Positions 9,240 to 19,566 of a DNA stretch of 32,000 nt are shown here, one piece after another. The notes under the pieces were generated by a model. That model did no database searches and was not told where the DNA came from. It saw only the letters and a program-made list of their open reading frames with translations. Both the position numbers and the translations under genes were made by a program. Origin of the DNA: Opitutales bacterium (GTDB taxonomy: Bacteria > Verrucomicrobiota > Verrucomicrobiia > Opitutales > Coraliomargaritaceae); contig JBMYVL010000009.1 of assembly GCA_049606355.1 (NCBI GenBank), forward strand, positions 78,356 through 110,355. The letters run 5' to 3'. Within the stretch, counting starts at the first letter, position 1; every line of letters starts with the position of its first letter.

Positions 9240-11147
9240 TTATGACGACTGAGCTTCGGCCAGTTCGCACAGTTGCTCCCATTGTGCATAGGCTTCCAAA
9301 GTCTCCGCTTCGAGTGCCTCGAGTCGCGCGGCATCGGCCGCTGGATCTTTACCGGGGTCCTGATAGTAGGCTTGGGTTGCCATGGCGGCACTCAGCTCCG
9401 CATGTGCGGCCTCGAGTTGCTCGATTCGTGCTGGCAATGCCTCCAAGGCGGCGCGTTCTTTGTTGCGCAGTTTGCGGCCCTTTGTCGCTTTGGATGGCTC
9501 AGTCGGTTCACGGCTCGCAACTGCTGCTGATCTTGGGCGGGAGCGAGCGGCATCGCAGCGGGCCAGCCACTCGTCGCAACCACCGACATTTTCAGACACA
9601 CGCCCATTGCCTTCGAGTACGATGGTGCCGGTAACGACATTATTGAGAAAACTGCGGTCGTGCGAAACGATCAACAAGGTCCCCGAATAATCCAAGAGCC
9701 GTTCCTCGAGTAACTCTACGGTTTCAATATCCAGATCATTCGTCGGTTCATCCAGTACCAATAAATTAGCTGGTTGTAAGAAGAGTCGGGCCAAAAGTAA
9801 GCGTGCACGTTCGCCCCCGGAGAGCTTTTTGATTGGCGAGCGTGCGACGTGAGGCGTAAACAGAAAATCCTGGAGGTAACTGAGGATATGGCGCGGTTGG
9901 CCATTGATGGTGACGGTGTCGCTATAAGGGCTCACGTTTTCCATGACGGTGGCGGATTCGTCCAGCTGGTCACGGTGTTGATCGAAGTAGGCGACTTCTA
10001 GCTTCGTCCCGTGCGTAACGCTGCCATGCTGTGGTTCCAGTTTTTTTAATAACAAATTGAGCAGGGTGGTTTTGCCCGAACCGTTCAGCCCCACGATGCC
10101 AATTTTATCGCCACGCCACAGGGTTGTGCTGAAGGCATCGATGAGCGGCTGCTGCGCCCATTGATAGCTGATGGCTTCCGCATGGATTACTTTTCGACCC
10201 GAGCTTTGTCCGGCATTCAACTCCAGTTTCGAGGTGCTGAGAGATTGGCGCCGCGCTGCGCGCTCCTCACGTAGCTTTTTCAGGGCTCGTACTCGTCCCT
10301 CATTGCGGGTGCGTCGTGCTTGGATTCCCTGGCGTATCCAGACTTCTTCTTCAGCCAGCTTTTTATCGAAGTTTGCTTGTTGCTTGCTTTGCGCAGCGAG
10401 CAGCTCGGCCTTACGCGTCAGGTAAGTTTCGTAATCGCAGTTAAACGATGTGAGTGTGCCCCGATCGAGGTCGAGTATACGTGTCGCGACCCGACGGATA
10501 AAAGCACGGTCGTGAGAGACGAACAGTAGGGCGATATCGGATTTACGTAGAAATTCTTCGAGCCAGCGAATGCCGGGAATATCGAGGTGATTGGTCGGTT
10601 CATCGAGGAGTAAAATATGGGGCTCGGCTACCAGTGCGCGGGCAAGCAGGGCGCGGCGTTGGTTGCCGCCCGACAAAGCTGCGAATGTGCTGCCGCTGTC
10701 CAGCTCGACGCGCTGGATGCAGCTTTCCACTTTGTTCTCCAAGGCCCATGAGCCGGTTTGGTCGATTTCGGCCTGGAGGCGATCGAGTTCCGCGGCGAGC
10801 ACCTCATTCTCGGGATCCTCGGCGTAGTCATGCGCGATCCGGTGGTAAGTGGCGACACGCTCTGCGGCTGGCCCTAAGCCTGCGGCAACCACATCAAAGA
10901 CGCTGCCGCTGAGTGCCTGCGGGATTTCCTGATCGAGCTTCGCAATGCGTAGTTCGGGGATGGTTTCCAGTTCCCCGCTATCGGGCTCGCTCTCTTGATT
11001 GAGGATACGCAATAAGGTGGATTTGCCTTCTCCGTTGCGCCCAATGAGGCAAATGCGCTCGCGTTTTTCAATGGTTAGACCGGCGTTATCGAGTAAACGC
11101 GGACCGCTATAAGCGATGCTAAGATTGCGATAACTGAGAAGGGCCAT
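9240..11147 (-). CDS. uup: ABC-F family ATPase (Uup-like) with C-terminal coiled-coil domain
   Basis: Two cassettes: Walker [10 protein letters not shown] and GLNGSGKTT; signatures [15 protein letters not shown] and [14 protein letters not shown]. No TM domain. Basic linker plus coiled-coil tail ([15 protein letters not shown]). 635 aa, as I recall for E. coli Uup. Confidence 0.88.
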   Translation of the reverse strand: MALLSYRNLSIAYSGPRLLDNAGLTIEKRERICLIGRNGEGKSTLLRILNQESEPDSGELETIPELRIAKLDQEIPQALSGSVFDVVAAGLGPAAERVATYHRIAHDYAEDPENEVLAAELDRLQAEIDQTGSWALENKVESCIQRVELDSGSTFAALSGGNQRRALLARALVAEPHILLLDEPTNHLDIPGIRWLEEFLRKSDIALLFVSHDRAFIRRVATRILDLDRGTLTSFNCDYETYLTRKAELLAAQSKQQANFDKKLAEEEVWIRQGIQARRTRNEGRVRALKKLREERAARRQSLSTSKLELNAGQSSGRKVIHAEAISYQWAQQPLIDAFSTTLWRGDKIGIVGLNGSGKTTLLNLLLKKLEPQHGSVTHGTKLEVAYFDQHRDQLDESATVMENVSPYSDTVTINGQPRHILSYLQDFLFTPHVARSPIKKLSGGERARLLLARLFLQPANLLVLDEPTNDLDIETVELLEERLLDYSGTLLIVSHDRSFLNNVVTGTIVLEGNGRVSENVGGCDEWLARCDAARSRPRSAAVASREPTEPSKATKGRKLRNKERAALEALPARIEQLEAAHAELSAAMATQAYYQDPGKDPAADAARLEALEAETLEAYAQWEQLCELAEAQSS

Positions 11148-11225
11148 TGGCGAGAAGGCGGCGAGGCGTCAGTCGATGCGGGTGAGTCGTTTTTTGAATC
11201 GATCCAGCGCGCGGTCCATTGCCCA

Positions 11226-12260
11226 TTAACGGGTGCTAAAGGCGTAGCGTGTCGTCGATTCAAACACCTCGCCGGGCTGCAGGATCGCGCCTCCGAGCTC
11301 CGGGTAATGTACGCTGTCCGCGTAGTCTTGGGTCTCCAGTGCCAGGCCGCACAGTGGGCCGTAGTGGGTGCCGCGTTTACCGTCCTCATCCAGTGCCAGG
11401 CCGGCATAAAACTGAACGCCGGGTTCCGTGGTGTGTACTTCCATCTGTCGCCCGGATTCGGGCTCATACACGCAGGCGGCGAGTCTCGCTTCCGTACTGC
11501 GCCCACCGTCGAGGCGGTAGTGGATGTCGGCGTTGCCCACGACCAGCTCGCGCTCAGAGAGGGTGACGAACTCGCGAAAATCATTGAATCCGGCGACGAC
11601 CGGATCGTAGCGCCCGATCAGGGTGGAGTCGGCATCGACAGTGGCGACCGAATCGGCACAAATCTTTATTTGATGGCCGCGTATATCACCTTGCCCCGCG
11701 CCACGTAAGTTAAAGTAGCTATGGTTGGTAATATTAAACGGAGTGGTGCCTGTGGTCGTGGCGGAGTAAGTGATTTGCAGGGCATTGCTCTCTAGGAGCG
11801 CATAAGTTACGCTCACATCCACTTGCCCCGGAAAGCCATTGTTCCCATCCGGGTCGCAATAGCGGAGGCAGAGTTGCTGCCCACCATCGGCAGCAATGAT
11901 GGTGGCATCCCACAAGACGGAGTCGTAGCCGTTCGGCCCGCCATGCAGGCAGTTGGGCCCGTTGTTCGCCTGCAGTGGGTAGTGTTGCCCTTCGAGCTCA
12001 AAGCACGCCCCGCCGATACGCCCCGCTACGCGACCGGTGATACAGCCAAAGTTTGGATGTCCCGCTAAGTAGTCCTCTAGGCTATCTTTACCCAGTACGA
12101 TATCCGCGCTCACCCCGGCACGATCCGGTACATGTAGTTCGACGATGATGCCACCGTAGTTGGTGATTTTCGCGCAGAGCCCGTTGGAGTTGCGCAGGGT
12201 GAAGAGTTGTGCGCGTGTACCATTCGGTAGGCTGCCGTAGTCGGATGCTTCGATGCTCAT
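11226..12260 (-). CDS. galM: Aldose 1-epimerase (galactose mutarotase)
   Basis: 344 aa. Motifs [20 protein letters not shown] and ALETQ are characteristic of the aldose 1-epimerase family. Confidence 0.85.
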   Translation of the reverse strand: MSIEASDYGSLPNGTRAQLFTLRNSNGLCAKITNYGGIIVELHVPDRAGVSADIVLGKDSLEDYLAGHPNFGCITGRVAGRIGGACFELEGQHYPLQANNGPNCLHGGPNGYDSVLWDATIIAADGGQQLCLRYCDPDGNNGFPGQVDVSVTYALLESNALQITYSATTTGTTPFNITNHSYFNLRGAGQGDIRGHQIKICADSVATVDADSTLIGRYDPVVAGFNDFREFVTLSERELVVGNADIHYRLDGGRSTEARLAACVYEPESGRQMEVHTTEPGVQFYAGLALDEDGKRGTHYGPLCGLALETQDYADSVHYPELGGAILQPGEVFESTTRYAFSTR

Positions 12261-12280
12261 GACTCTGGTAAAACGCTTGC

Positions 12281-13138
12281 TTAGCGGAAAAGCAATACAG
12301 GGATGCGGACTGTACGGATCATTTCTGTAGTGGTGCTGCCGACAATGAGATGACGAATGTGCGAATGCCCATACGCACCCATGACGAGCAGATCGATAGG
12401 GTCTTGTTCGACAACTTCGCCGATGACCTGCGCCGGATCACCGTCGCGCTGCTCGATGGCTACACTGAAGCCTGCCTTACTGAGATCAGCCTGTGCCGAG
12501 GCTAGCGCAGACTCGATTGCTGCATTGCCGGCGCCGACATACAGTAGGGTACACTGGAGTCCTTTGAGGAGCGGCTGCTGGATCGCATAGTCGACGGCCT
12601 TGCGCGCGCTCGGCCCGCCATCAAAGGCTAGCACGAACTGCTGGATCGGCTGGTAAGCTCGTGCAGCGACCAATACGGGCTGCTCACAGCTGCGAATGAC
12701 GCGCTCTAAATTGCTGCCCAAGTGGCCTTTTTCAAAATCAGCATTGTTGCCGCGTTTGCCTAGGACGACGAGGCTGGCATCACGCTCATAACGCGTGATC
12801 TCCTCACTGAGTTTTCCGTGCTTTTGCTCGGCATGGACTTTCCCAGCGTGGGCTGCTTCGAGCTTGGCGACGGCGTCCTCGAGGATCGCCTGACCTCGCT
12901 TTTGTGCGAGCTTCGCCTGCGCTGCCTCCAGCTCCACTAATTCATCGAGTAAGTGGGCGCGGGCGTTGAAGCCGATGCTGCCGCTGTAGTCCGCTTTGAC
13001 GGGCTCTTCATGGTGTGGATTGAGCATGTGCAGCACATGGATGGTGGCGCCGTCGATTTTTTGCGCTGCCCAAGCCGCGTGTGCGTAGACACTGGGTGCG
13101 TAGAGCGAGCCGTCGGTACAAGTGAGGATGTTAGCCAT
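12281..13138 (-). CDS. Universal stress protein, tandem USP domains
   Basis: 285 aa with two USP halves. The C-terminal part [32 protein letters not shown] matches the USP ATP-binding G-x2-G-x9-G-S motif. Confidence 0.85.
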   Translation of the reverse strand: MANILTCTDGSLYAPSVYAHAAWAAQKIDGATIHVLHMLNPHHEEPVKADYSGSIGFNARAHLLDELVELEAAQAKLAQKRGQAILEDAVAKLEAAHAGKVHAEQKHGKLSEEITRYERDASLVVLGKRGNNADFEKGHLGSNLERVIRSCEQPVLVAARAYQPIQQFVLAFDGGPSARKAVDYAIQQPLLKGLQCTLLYVGAGNAAIESALASAQADLSKAGFSVAIEQRDGDPAQVIGEVVEQDPIDLLVMGAYGHSHIRHLIVGSTTTEMIRTVRIPVLLFR

Positions 13139-13177
13139 GAGAGCAGTAAGAGTGAATATCAGTCGATTGGCAGTACT

Positions 13178-14659
13178 TTAATGAGCACCGAGTTCCGCCT
13201 CAGGCTTGTCGTGTTGGCCGACTTGGAGCACGAGTGTCTGACTGGCATCGTTCATGCCAATTAAATTGACCTCGGTGCCTTCGCGGCGGAATTTTAGGAC
13301 CACACGGTCCAGCGCATGCACAGCCGAGAGATCCCAAAAGTGTGCCTGTGAAACATCGATCGTGACGCGTTCCAGGACCTCGCGAAAATCGAAGGCATCG
13401 GCGAAGGTACTGGCAGATACAAAAAACAGCTGGCCCTGGACGGTGTAGGTGCGCGCGTTTTGGTTCACCTCGAGTGTGGATTCGATTTGAAGCAGTCTGG
13501 AGACCTTAAAGGCGAAGAACAAAGCACTGAGTAACACACCACAGCCGACGCCGAGAGCGAGGTTGTGCGACAGCACCGTTACCAGCACCGTGGTCAACAT
13601 CACCAAGCTCGAGGTCTTGTGGTGAATGCGCAGGTTGCTGAGCGATTGCCAGCTGAAGGTACCGATCGAGACCATAAACATGACCGCTACGAGCGCTGCC
13701 ATCGGGATTTGGCGCACGAGATCATCCAGCACCAGAATCAAAATGAGTAGGAGGATACCGGCGGCAAAAGTCGACAGTCGTCCACGGCCGCCTGACTTTA
13801 CGTTGATCACGGATTGCCCGATCATTGCGCAGCCCGCCATACCTCCGAGAAAGCCGGATGCGATATTGGCGATGCCTTGGCCGCAGCATTCGCGATTCTT
13901 ATCACTGCGGGTATCGGTGAAATCATCGACGATGGTGGCGGTCATTAATGATTCCAGTAAACCTACAATTGCCAGTGAGATGGCGTAGGGGAAAATAATT
14001 GCCAGCGTTTCGAGGTTAAGTGGTACCTGTGGCAGTAAGAAGACCGGTAAGCTCGCAGGCAGTTCGCCCATATCGCCGACGGTGCGCAGCGTTTCGTCCA
14101 GCCCCAGCGCGATCGAGGCGACGGTACACACGATAATACAAACCAGTGGTGAGGGGACTGCCGTGGTTAAGCGAGGGAGCCCATAAATAATCACTAAGCC
14201 AACGGCGACCATGCCATACATGAGCAGGCCTTGATCTTTAAATTCCGGCAACTGGGCCATGAAAATAATGATCGCCAGCGCATTGACAAAGCCGGTTACC
14301 ACCGAGCGAGATACGAAGCGCATCAGCCCGCCGAGTTTAAACGTCCCCGCCAGTATTTGCAGGATGCCGGTGAGTACGGTTACCGGCAGTAGGTACTGCA
14401 AGCCGTGCTCCTTCACCAGAGTCACCATCAGGACCGCCATCGCTCCGGTTGCGGCCGAGATCATACCGGGGCGCCCGCCGAGGAAGGCGATCACGACTGC
14501 GATACAAAATGAGGCGTACAGGCCGACCTTGGGGTCGACGCCGGCGATGATGGAAAAGGCAATGGCTTCTGGAATCAGCGCTAGGGCGACGACCGTGCCC
14601 GCGACAATATCGCGGCGCGGGTTACAGAACCACTCTTGGAAGTATTGATTGCGTGTCAT
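13178..14659 (-). CDS. SulP family inorganic anion transporter with C-terminal STAS domain
   Basis: Multi-TM SulP core ([22 protein letters not shown]...) plus a STAS-like tail ([21 protein letters not shown]). ATG 14659 is preferred over GTG 14680 because 14671-14699 is a terminator-like hairpin belonging to the upstream gene. Confidence 0.9.
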   Translation of the reverse strand: MTRNQYFQEWFCNPRRDIVAGTVVALALIPEAIAFSIIAGVDPKVGLYASFCIAVVIAFLGGRPGMISAATGAMAVLMVTLVKEHGLQYLLPVTVLTGILQILAGTFKLGGLMRFVSRSVVTGFVNALAIIIFMAQLPEFKDQGLLMYGMVAVGLVIIYGLPRLTTAVPSPLVCIIVCTVASIALGLDETLRTVGDMGELPASLPVFLLPQVPLNLETLAIIFPYAISLAIVGLLESLMTATIVDDFTDTRSDKNRECCGQGIANIASGFLGGMAGCAMIGQSVINVKSGGRGRLSTFAAGILLLILILVLDDLVRQIPMAALVAVMFMVSIGTFSWQSLSNLRIHHKTSSLVMLTTVLVTVLSHNLALGVGCGVLLSALFFAFKVSRLLQIESTLEVNQNARTYTVQGQLFFVSASTFADAFDFREVLERVTIDVSQAHFWDLSAVHALDRVVLKFRREGTEVNLIGMNDASQTLVLQVGQHDKPEAELGAH

Positions 14660-14670
14660 ACGTGCTAAAT

Positions 14671-14699
14671 AAAAAACCACCTTCGTCGAGGGAAGGCGG
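14671..14699 (-). terminator. Rho-independent terminator-like hairpin downstream of the lipoprotein gene
   Basis: The minus-strand RNA reads ccgccuuc-ccucgac-gaaggugg followed by uuuuuu. That is an 8-bp stem (one G-U) with a 7-nt loop and a U6 tract. Confidence 0.55.
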
Positions 14700-14769
14700 T
14701 CGATGCTGCGGGTATGAATGGTATTTTAGCCGGTGGCGCAAGGGCAAAACCGCTGCAGGCGGGGCGCCG

Positions 14770-15261
14770 CTATAAACTCCACAGGTAGCTTTGTTTGTGC
14801 CCAAGGGGTTGGCCATTGGCATCCACCACCGTGAAGCGCCAAGCGGAGGGCATACGATCGGCGCCAAAGGGCCAATCGCTCCCGGTGAGGCCGACCAGGA
14901 TTTCACGCGTCTTCGGGCGCTGGCTCGGCAGGGCAAAATGATGCGTCTGCAGATCGGGTGATGCCGGTGTATAAAATTCCCCGATGAGTGCGCAGCCGGG
15001 TGGGAGGCGGTGGAGTTTGGTATCCAGCACCAAGATAAAATAGAAGCCCTCACGTGCCTCCGGATCGCTGCGCAGTACCACTTGCTTGCCGGTGTGTTCC
15101 GCGCCGGTCATGTATTCGCGGACGCGGATGAAATGAGTGGCCCGCAGGTAGCTGGGCTTGATCGTCTTGATGGTGACTGCAGTCACACTGGGCGTCGGCT
15201 GGGGTGTCGTGCCGCAGGAAGTCAGCCACAGGCTGAGAGCTATCAATAGGAACGCGCGCAT
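14770..15261 (-). CDS. Hypothetical lipoprotein
   Basis: 163 aa. Signal peptide with lipobox MRAFLLIALSLWLTSC. No other recognisable motif. Confidence 0.6.
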   Translation of the reverse strand: MRAFLLIALSLWLTSCGTTPQPTPSVTAVTIKTIKPSYLRATHFIRVREYMTGAEHTGKQVVLRSDPEAREGFYFILVLDTKLHRLPPGCALIGEFYTPASPDLQTHHFALPSQRPKTREILVGLTGSDWPFGADRMPSAWRFTVVDANGQPLGHKQSYLWSL

Positions 15262-15324
15262 GAGAGTGTGATGCGCCAGCCCTGCGGCCTTGTCAATGTC
15301 AGCTTCGCAGTCGGCAAACCCTAA

Positions 15325-17322
15325 CTACCAACTACGTGTGGGAGCCACCCGAAGGGTTTCGTAACGTCCCGGGTCGATTTCTTGGATGAAGCGACTGGGG
15401 TTCATGCGCAGGACGGAATTGCCCTTTTGGTTGAGCATTGGGTAGCTTAGGTACAACTCCTCCATGGCGCGGGTCACAGCCACATAGAACAAGCGGCGTT
15501 CTTCTTCGAGGTCGCCCTCGTCCAGAGTGCGCTGCAATGGAAACAAGCCGTCGGCCAAGCCGAGCACAAAGACCACGGGGAATTCGAGCCCTTTTGCCTG
15601 ATGGATGGTCGTCAGGCGCAGGCAGTTGTGTTGCTCCTCGGGGCTGCGCTCATTGCTTTCCGAAGCCAAGAGTACCAGTTGGGCCAGTAGCTCTTCCATG
15701 GTGTCGTAGCGGCTGGCGAAACTCACCAAGCTCTGTAGGTCATCTTCGCGCTCCGCCCAGTTGGGATAGATTTCGCGTAGGAAGGTGCTGTACCAACCGT
15801 CGAGGCCGAGTTGGACGACCTCGTCGGGGCTCGCTTCCGTGATCGCCGCTGCGAGTTCGCGTATCGTTTCGGCGAGCGACGGCCATTCTTCTTTGGCATC
15901 GGCAGGCACTTTTTTGAGTACGGCATCGGAGACCAGCACATCGCAAAAATTGCGCTGCTCTTTCTCGGCAAGTTGTTTGGTGAAGGCATGCAAACGCTCC
16001 GCAGTCTTGGGCCCCACCTTCGGCAGCAGGGTGGTGAAGCGCGCGAAGGCAGATACATCGGCGGGGTTTGAAGCAAAGCGGAGCTGTGCGGTGAAGTCTT
16101 TAATGTGCGCCTGCTCAAAGAAGCGTACCCCGCTGGTGATTTGATAGTCGATGTTGCGACGCGAGAGCTCCATTTGCAGATCCATCGCCTGGTAGTGAGC
16201 GCGGTAGAGGATCGCTACATCGGACAGGCTGCGCCCTTCGTCGATGAGGCCTTCAATGCGTTGCAGAATAAAGTTGGCCTGACCGCGTGCATCCATGACC
16301 GGTATGAAATAGGGCCGCTCGCCGGCTGCTTTGACTGCGCGCAGCTCTTTGTGGTAGCCTTGACCGGAGGGTTGCTGATTCAGCACAGCGTTGGCAAATT
16401 CAAGGATTTGTGGCGTGCTGCGGTAGTTGGTTTCAATCTTGTGCAGGGCGGCACCGGGGTGCCGCTCGTTGAAGCGCATGATATTGTCGAAATTCGCGCC
16501 ACGCCAGGTATAGATGCACTGCGCATCATCGCCGACAGCCATGATTTGGTGGTGCGCACCGAAGCAGTCGACGATGTCCGACTGCAAGCGATTGGTATCT
16601 TGAAACTCATCAACAAGGATGTGTTTGAAGCGTTCTTGGTAGAGCGCGGCTACGTCCGGATGGTCGCGCAGTAACTGAAGCAAGTGTTCGAGTAAGTCGT
16701 CGTAATCCACCACTTGCTGCTCTAACTTCAGCGCTCGGTATTTTTGGTAGAAGTCCGCTACTTTATCCGCCATGCCGTCGATAAAGGGGTAGCGCAGTTT
16801 GGCTTCCTCAGCCACAGACGTACAGGTGTTGCGCGCATAGCTGATCAAATTTGCCAGTACTTTCGGCTTCGGGTTATTCTTCGCTTTGATGAACTTTGCA
16901 TCGACTGCTTGGATCGCATTTTTGAGCAGACTTTCCGCCTCGCTTTCATCGAGGATGGTGTAGTGGCGCTTGAGCCCGATTTTTTCGCCGTGCACACGCA
17001 GAATGCGCTGCGCAATACTGTGAAAGGTGCCGCCCCACAGTTGCCGCCGTGAGATAGCGGTCAGGTCTTCCACGCGTTCGAGCATTTCACGTGCGGCCTT
17101 ATTCGTAAAAGTGAGCAACAGTATTTCATGGGGCTGGATGCCGGAGTGCAGCAGGTAGGCGACTCGATAGGTGAGCGTACGTGTTTTACCCGATCCGGCG
17201 CCCGCGAGAACCAGCGAGGGGCCAGGCGCAGCCGTTACCGCCGCGTATTGCTCATCATTGAGTTCCGCGCGGAAATCAATGGGGGCAAAGGCCGACAGGG
17301 GTGCATCAGAGAAATCAGACAT
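15325..17322 (-). CDS. ATP-dependent DNA helicase, UvrD/Rep/PcrA family
   Basis: Walker A AGAGSGKT, motif [20 protein letters not shown] and YVAVTRA (motifs V/VI). 665 aa. Confidence 0.92.
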   Translation of the reverse strand: MSDFSDAPLSAFAPIDFRAELNDEQYAAVTAAPGPSLVLAGAGSGKTRTLTYRVAYLLHSGIQPHEILLLTFTNKAAREMLERVEDLTAISRRQLWGGTFHSIAQRILRVHGEKIGLKRHYTILDESEAESLLKNAIQAVDAKFIKAKNNPKPKVLANLISYARNTCTSVAEEAKLRYPFIDGMADKVADFYQKYRALKLEQQVVDYDDLLEHLLQLLRDHPDVAALYQERFKHILVDEFQDTNRLQSDIVDCFGAHHQIMAVGDDAQCIYTWRGANFDNIMRFNERHPGAALHKIETNYRSTPQILEFANAVLNQQPSGQGYHKELRAVKAAGERPYFIPVMDARGQANFILQRIEGLIDEGRSLSDVAILYRAHYQAMDLQMELSRRNIDYQITSGVRFFEQAHIKDFTAQLRFASNPADVSAFARFTTLLPKVGPKTAERLHAFTKQLAEKEQRNFCDVLVSDAVLKKVPADAKEEWPSLAETIRELAAAITEASPDEVVQLGLDGWYSTFLREIYPNWAEREDDLQSLVSFASRYDTMEELLAQLVLLASESNERSPEEQHNCLRLTTIHQAKGLEFPVVFVLGLADGLFPLQRTLDEGDLEEERRLFYVAVTRAMEELYLSYPMLNQKGNSVLRMNPSRFIQEIDPGRYETLRVAPTRSW

Positions 17323-17417
17323 AGTGGGGACTTACTCATGGGAGACGCGGTGGGGCAAAGCTAAATGTTCGTTGAATTCAGGTTGCGGTTTTCCCGCCTG
17401 TCCTTTGCGTGTCACTC

Positions 17418-18851
17418 ATGCAGATCATTCCTTCCAGCATGCTGCCCGAGCGCGATAAAGAAAGTCTCCGCGCCTTTCTCGGTGGGTGTCGTGAGACCGC
17501 GCAGGCAAAGGGGCACTTCCAACTGGCGAGTATTTCCCTGGCGGTGAAGCACATTGCCCCACTTGCGGTACTGCAATCGATTCACGACCCCAAGGAGCTG
17601 CATTTCTACATTGAGCGGCCTGCCGATGAAGAAGCTTTGGCTGGAGCCGAGGCGGTGTGCATGGCGACATTTAGCGGACCCGAGCGGTTTGCGCAGGTCA
17701 AAGCTTATGCCGATGAGATCCTGGCGAATACCATCAGTGTGGGTGATTTGAGCGCCGCCTTTACCGGACCGCACTTTTTTACTGCATTCAGTTTCAATGA
17801 TACCGTGCCGGAAGGCAGCGCCTTTGCGGCAGCGACGGTCTTTGTGCCGCGCTGGCAGGTATCGCGCTGCGGTGCCGACTACGGTGCAGTGGCCAATGTC
17901 CGCGTGGATGCGGATTGCGACCTCGATCAACTGGTTGAAAAAGTCTGGGCTGCCTATCTTAAATTTGCGAGTTTTGACTATGCGCACCCTACCTGTACAA
18001 CAGTCGACGCACGGCCGCCGGTGGTGGAGCAGTCGGAACTGGCCGAGGGGGTCTTTGCCGATGGGGTGACACGTGCCTTGGCGGCAATTGATCGCGGCGC
18101 TTACGAAAAAATCGTTTTAGCGCGCGGCCTGCGACTCGAAGCCGACCAGCCGTGGAAGCCTCTCGACGCGCTCAACCGCTTGCGCGAGCGCTTCAGCGGT
18201 TGCTTCACCTTTTCATACAGCGGCGGGGAGGGGCGCAGTTTTATCGGTGCCACCCCAGAGCGATTGTTGAAGTTGCGCAACGGCCGCTTGCAGACTGAAG
18301 CAATCGCGGGCTCAGCACCGCGGGGCGCGACTGCAGGTGAAGATGCCCGTTTGGCGCGAGACCTCCTCGATAGTGATAAAAATCAGCATGAGCACAACTG
18401 TGTGCGCGATTCGATCTTACGCCGCTTACAGGCGGTCGGTGTCGAGGGGCAGGCGGAGGCGACGGCCCGGCTGTTGCCCTTGGCGAATGTGCAGCACCTG
18501 CGCACACAAATTGAAGCCGAGGTGGGCACGTCCGTACATCTTTTGGATATTGTGGCCGAGATGCACCCCACGCCTGCTGTCGGTGGTACTCCGCGTGAGC
18601 AGGCCGTCCCCGAGATTGCCGTACTCGAGCAGATGGACCGTGGACTGTTTGCCGGTGCGATCGGCTGGTTCAACCATCTCAACGACGGCGAAATGGTCGT
18701 GGCGATTCGCTCGGCGCTGATTGAGGATACCACTGCCGAACTCTATGCCGGGGCGGGCATCGTGCATGGATCGGACCCGCAACATGAAGCGCGCGAGACG
18801 GAAATGAAATTGAGTGCGCTATTGGATGTACTCACCGATCCGCAGTCCTAA
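17418..18851 (+). CDS. menF: Isochorismate synthase (chorismate-binding enzyme, MenF-type)
   Basis: Chorismate-binding C-terminal domain: [32 protein letters not shown]. The longest ORF begins at GTG 17409; the first ATG is 17418. The start is uncertain. Confidence 0.8.
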   Translation: MQIIPSSMLPERDKESLRAFLGGCRETAQAKGHFQLASISLAVKHIAPLAVLQSIHDPKELHFYIERPADEEALAGAEAVCMATFSGPERFAQVKAYADEILANTISVGDLSAAFTGPHFFTAFSFNDTVPEGSAFAAATVFVPRWQVSRCGADYGAVANVRVDADCDLDQLVEKVWAAYLKFASFDYAHPTCTTVDARPPVVEQSELAEGVFADGVTRALAAIDRGAYEKIVLARGLRLEADQPWKPLDALNRLRERFSGCFTFSYSGGEGRSFIGATPERLLKLRNGRLQTEAIAGSAPRGATAGEDARLARDLLDSDKNQHEHNCVRDSILRRLQAVGVEGQAEATARLLPLANVQHLRTQIEAEVGTSVHLLDIVAEMHPTPAVGGTPREQAVPEIAVLEQMDRGLFAGAIGWFNHLNDGEMVVAIRSALIEDTTAELYAGAGIVHGSDPQHEARETEMKLSALLDVLTDPQS

Positions 18852-18878
18852 ATGGGCTCAAATTTTTACGACAAACTA

Positions 18879-18908
18879 TTGACAAGTCGGAGCACGATTA
18901 ACTTTATA
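18879..18908 (+). promoter_or_regulatory. Candidate sigma70-type promoter for tRNA-Asn
   Basis: Perfect -35 TTGACA at 18879-18884. A weak -10-like tttata lies at 18903-18908 (18-nt spacer), about 12 nt before the tRNA 5' end. Confidence 0.35.
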
Positions 18909-18918
18909 CGCGCTTTTA

Positions 18919-18996
<78 letters not shown>

Positions 18997-18999
18997 ATC

Positions 19000-19030
19000 G
19001 AAGCCCCTTGGATTTACCCTAAGGGGCTTC
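19000..19030 (+). terminator. 10-bp hairpin after tRNA-Asn (terminator-like or processing structure)
   Basis: gaagcccctt (19000-19009) pairs with aaggggcttc (19021-19030) around an 11-nt loop. Only a short tttat follows, so termination is probably leaky. Confidence 0.5.
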
Positions 19031-19038
19031 TTTATGTG

Positions 19039-19299
19039 ATGGCTTACGTTTATGTATTAGAAAACCCCAAGGGTCGGCGCTATATTGGGCATTCCGATGA
19101 CCTAGAGCGTCGCCTGAAGCAGCATAATTCTCCTAAGGGTAAGGAACATTTGGGCAACTACACCCACACGAACGGTCCGTGGGTCATCATTGGTTCCGAG
19201 GCGTTCGCCACTCGCTCTGAAGCCATGATCCGCGAGCAGCAACTCAAGTCCTGGAAATCACCTTCGAAAGTTCGGGCTCTTTTTCAGTCTCAGCGGTAG
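19039..19299 (+). CDS. Stand-alone GIY-YIG nuclease family protein (UPF0213/YhbQ-like, catalytic domain only)
   Basis: MAYVYVLENPKGRRYIGHSDDLERRLKQHN...EAMIREQQLKSWKS carries the GIY (YVY) and YIG motifs, the conserved R..H-N and the catalytic Glu before L-K-x-W. GTG 19036 is one codon upstream of ATG 19039. The TAG stop lies in the D-loop remnant of the downstream tRNA-like copy. Confidence 0.85.
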   Translation: MAYVYVLENPKGRRYIGHSDDLERRLKQHNSPKGKEHLGNYTHTNGPWVIIGSEAFATRSEAMIREQQLKSWKSPSKVRALFQSQR

Positions 19300-19380
19300 A
19301 GTCCCGACTTGTCGGGATTAATCACTTGGTCAGTCGTAGATCCCGACAAGTCGCTGATTCGATCCCAGCCTGAGCAGCCA
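19281..19380 (+). pseudogene. Degenerate second copy of tRNA-Asn with two internal insertions (tRNA-like remnant)
   Basis: Compared with 18920-18994: ctcagcggtagag matches 13/13, ttaatcacttggtc 14/14, and gctgattcgatcccagcctgagcagcca 27/28. The single mismatch changes the T-stem G53 equivalent to A. The acceptor 5' strand is degraded (ttttcag). The 5' half of the anticodon arm is replaced by tcccgacttgtcggga, and 21 nt are inserted before the T arm. No GUU anticodon loop remains. Confidence 0.75.
19305..19353. repeat. 13-bp perfect inverted repeat inside the tRNA-like remnant
   Basis: cgacttgtcggga (19305-19317) is the exact reverse complement of tcccgacaagtcg (19341-19353), with a 23-nt spacer. 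The left arm also belongs to a local palindrome, tcccgac-tt-gtcggga (19302-19317). Confidence 0.85.
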
Positions 19381-19383
19381 TTT

Positions 19384-19413
19384 GAAGGCCCTTGGATTGA
19401 TTGAAGGGCCTTT
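19384..19413 (+). terminator. 10-bp hairpin after the tRNA-like remnant, homologous to the 19000-19030 hairpin
   Basis: gaaggccctt (19384-19393) pairs with aagggccttt (19404-19413), with one G-U pair and loop ggattgattg. Both hairpins share gaag..cccttggatt. This is the likely terminator of the GIY-YIG transcript. Confidence 0.5.
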
Positions 19414-19566
19414 CGCGGGGTTTGAGGTCCAAACCGTTGCCACCGCTTGTTGCGCAAATATGATGGGAATAGTTACTCAGGTTCGTTCCCTTTCGGTTTC
19501 TGAATCTATAAGCTTGTTGGTTTATCGTGTGTTCTCAAGTACCCCGGTTATCACTACTGTGTTATC

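Noticed and set aside
14660-14680. GTG 14680 as the start of the SulP transporter (longest ORF).
   Set aside because: It would place the start inside the terminator-like hairpin and U-tract of the upstream gene. ATG 14659 gives a normal N-terminus.
19416-19566. Possible riboswitch (for example cobalamin) in the leader of the TonB-dependent receptor.
   Set aside because: I could find no B12-box-like or other conserved riboswitch core by eye. A covariance-model scan would be needed to exclude it formally.
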